Source of the DNA: Felis catus
Lineage: Eukaryota
Length of the DNA: 64,000 nt
Assembly (NCBI RefSeq): GCF_018350175.1
Contig: NC_058368.1
Coordinates: forward strand, 90,894,001-90,958,000
Reading direction: 5' to 3'
Positions 62,352-64,000 of this stretch are shown here, in pieces; position 1 is the stretch's first letter; each line of letters opens with the position of its first letter. Under the pieces are notes generated by a model. It was not told where the DNA came from. It made no database searches and saw nothing but the letters and a program-made list of their open reading frames with translations. The position numbers were made by a program, and so were the translations under genes.

Positions 62352-63936
62352 TAAATTGGGAATCTTACAGACAGCATATAGTTGTTGGATCATGGTTTAA
62401 AAAAATCCATTTTGCCAATCTATGCCTTTTAACTGAAGAATTTAATACATTTACATTTAATGTAATTACTGATAAGCAAGGATTTACGTCTGCCACTTGC
62501 TATTTATTTTCCACATGTCATATCTTTTTTGCTCCTCAATTTCTCCAGTGTTGCCTCCTTTTGTGTATTAATACTTCTAGTGTATTTTTATATTTTTTCT
62601 GAATATTTTTAAGTCATTCTTATTGATTACCCACAGGATTATAATTATTTCCTTAATTGTATAACAATCTAGTTTGAATTAATGTCAACTTACTTTCAGT
62701 AGTATATAAAAACTATGCTCCTATACAGCTCAGTCTCCCTCACCTTTATTATTCTGTCACAAATTATATCTTTGTAAACATTGCATGCCCATTAACATAG
62801 ATTAATAATTATTGTATGAATTTGTCTATTAAATCATACAGAAAAAAGGAGGAGTTACAATCCAAGGACATTTAGTTACCTTTACTCATGTTCTTCATAT
62901 GAATTTGAGTTACTGTCTGGTGTCCTTTTATTTTAACCTAAAAGACTTCCTTTAGCATTTATTGCATGGTAGGTTGACTAGCAACAAAACCTCTCAATTT
63001 TCTTTTTCCAGGAATGGCTTAATTTTTCCTTCATCTTTGAAGAATCATTTTGCTGGTTATAGAATTCTTGCTTGACAGTATTTTTCTTCCAGAACTTTAT
63101 ATATGTCATTCCACTGTGTAGAAACCTCCATAGTTTCAGATGAGAAGTCAGCTGTTAATCTTGTCAAAGTTCCCTTATGAGTTGCTTCTCTCTTGATGCT
63201 TTCAAAATTCTGTCTTTTTTGCTTCTCTCTGGGTGCTTTCAAGATTCTTTGTCTTTCTCAAAGTTTTTTTGACAGTTTGATTTTAAAGTGTCTTGGTATG
63301 TATCTCTTTGAGTTTATCCAGCTTAGAGCTTCTTGATATATAGATTCACATTTTATCAAATTTGGGAAATTTTTGGTCATTATTTCTTTAAGTGTTCTTT
63401 CTGTCCTTTCTCTCTCTACCCTTTTTATGAGACTTCCCATTATGTGTATGTTGGTGCCTGTGATGGTTTCTCACAGGTATCCTAGACTCTGTTCATTTTC
63501 TTCATTCTTTTTTTCCTTCTGCTCTGCATACTGGATAATTCACCTATCTTTATGTTTTCTGAGTAGCTCACATCTGCTGATGAACCAATCCAATGAATTG
63601 TTCATTTCAGTTGTTATACTTTTCAGCTTCAAACTTTTCTTTTGGTATTTTATAATAATTTCTATCTTTTTATTAACATTCTGTATTTGGTGAGACATTT
63701 TTCTTCTATTTTGCTTTAGATCTTTGTTCATGGTTTCTTTTAGCTATTTGAGCATATTTAAGACAGTCAACTTAAAGTCTTTGTTTATAAGTTTACTAAA
63801 TCCAATGTCTGAACTTCTTCAGAGAAAGTTTTATTTATTTTTTGAATTTCTTCCCTCCCCCCACCATGAATAGACCATACTGTCTTGTTTCTTTGCATGC
63901 TTAATAAGTTTTTGCTAGAAACTGGACATTTAAAAA

Positions 63937-64000
63937 ATTTTTTTATGGTTTATTTATTTATTTATTTATTTTTAATATGAAATTTATTGTCAAACTGTTT
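63937..64000 (-). mobile_element. Tail of a felid L1 (L1_Fc-like), truncated by the window edge
   Basis: (TTTA)n then aatatgaaatttattgtcaaa, the same motif as 31827-31850. Confidence 0.75.

Larger units (their letters stand above)
59650..63930 (-). mobile_element. Old L1 (L1MB-like), antisense: 3' tip, ORF2 (internally deleted) and ORF1
   Basis: ORF2 remnants (REYYEQFYTNKLDKLDEMKKFLE; IIIINIYASNKKAPKYRKQNLTELKGEID) and ORF1 remnants (RLTADFSSETME; EIMTKNFPNL). Confidence 0.92.

Overview
This is mammalian genomic DNA, almost certainly felid. It carries about 19 carnivore tRNA-derived Can-SINE copies and felid-type L1 3' ends. The window lies inside ADAMTS2 (procollagen I N-proteinase) on the + strand. 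It holds one coding exon (36519-36678, 160 nt, prodomain, matching human exon 3 as I recall it), with about 36 kb of intron upstream and 27 kb downstream. The rest is intronic: old and young L1s (including a decayed, near full-length sense L1 at about 27180-35460), SINEs, MIR/L2, MaLR LTRs, hAT-type MITEs, microsatellites and GC-rich unique sequence. Nearly all other ORFs in the track are L1 remnants or chance ORFs. I found no new gene system, CRISPR array or RNA gene. The most interesting signals are: (i) an unidentified polyadenylated retrocopy with target-site duplications (TSDs) inside the L1 at 30207-30705; (ii) sharply localized AT->GC substitution and CpG-gain tracts inside ancient repeats (39949-40116, 14610-15215); (iii) nested and inverted SINE structures; (iv) a competing splice donor 13 nt past the exon; (v) a few motif-dense candidate enhancers. 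Repeat subfamily names come from recalled consensus sequences, not a database search.
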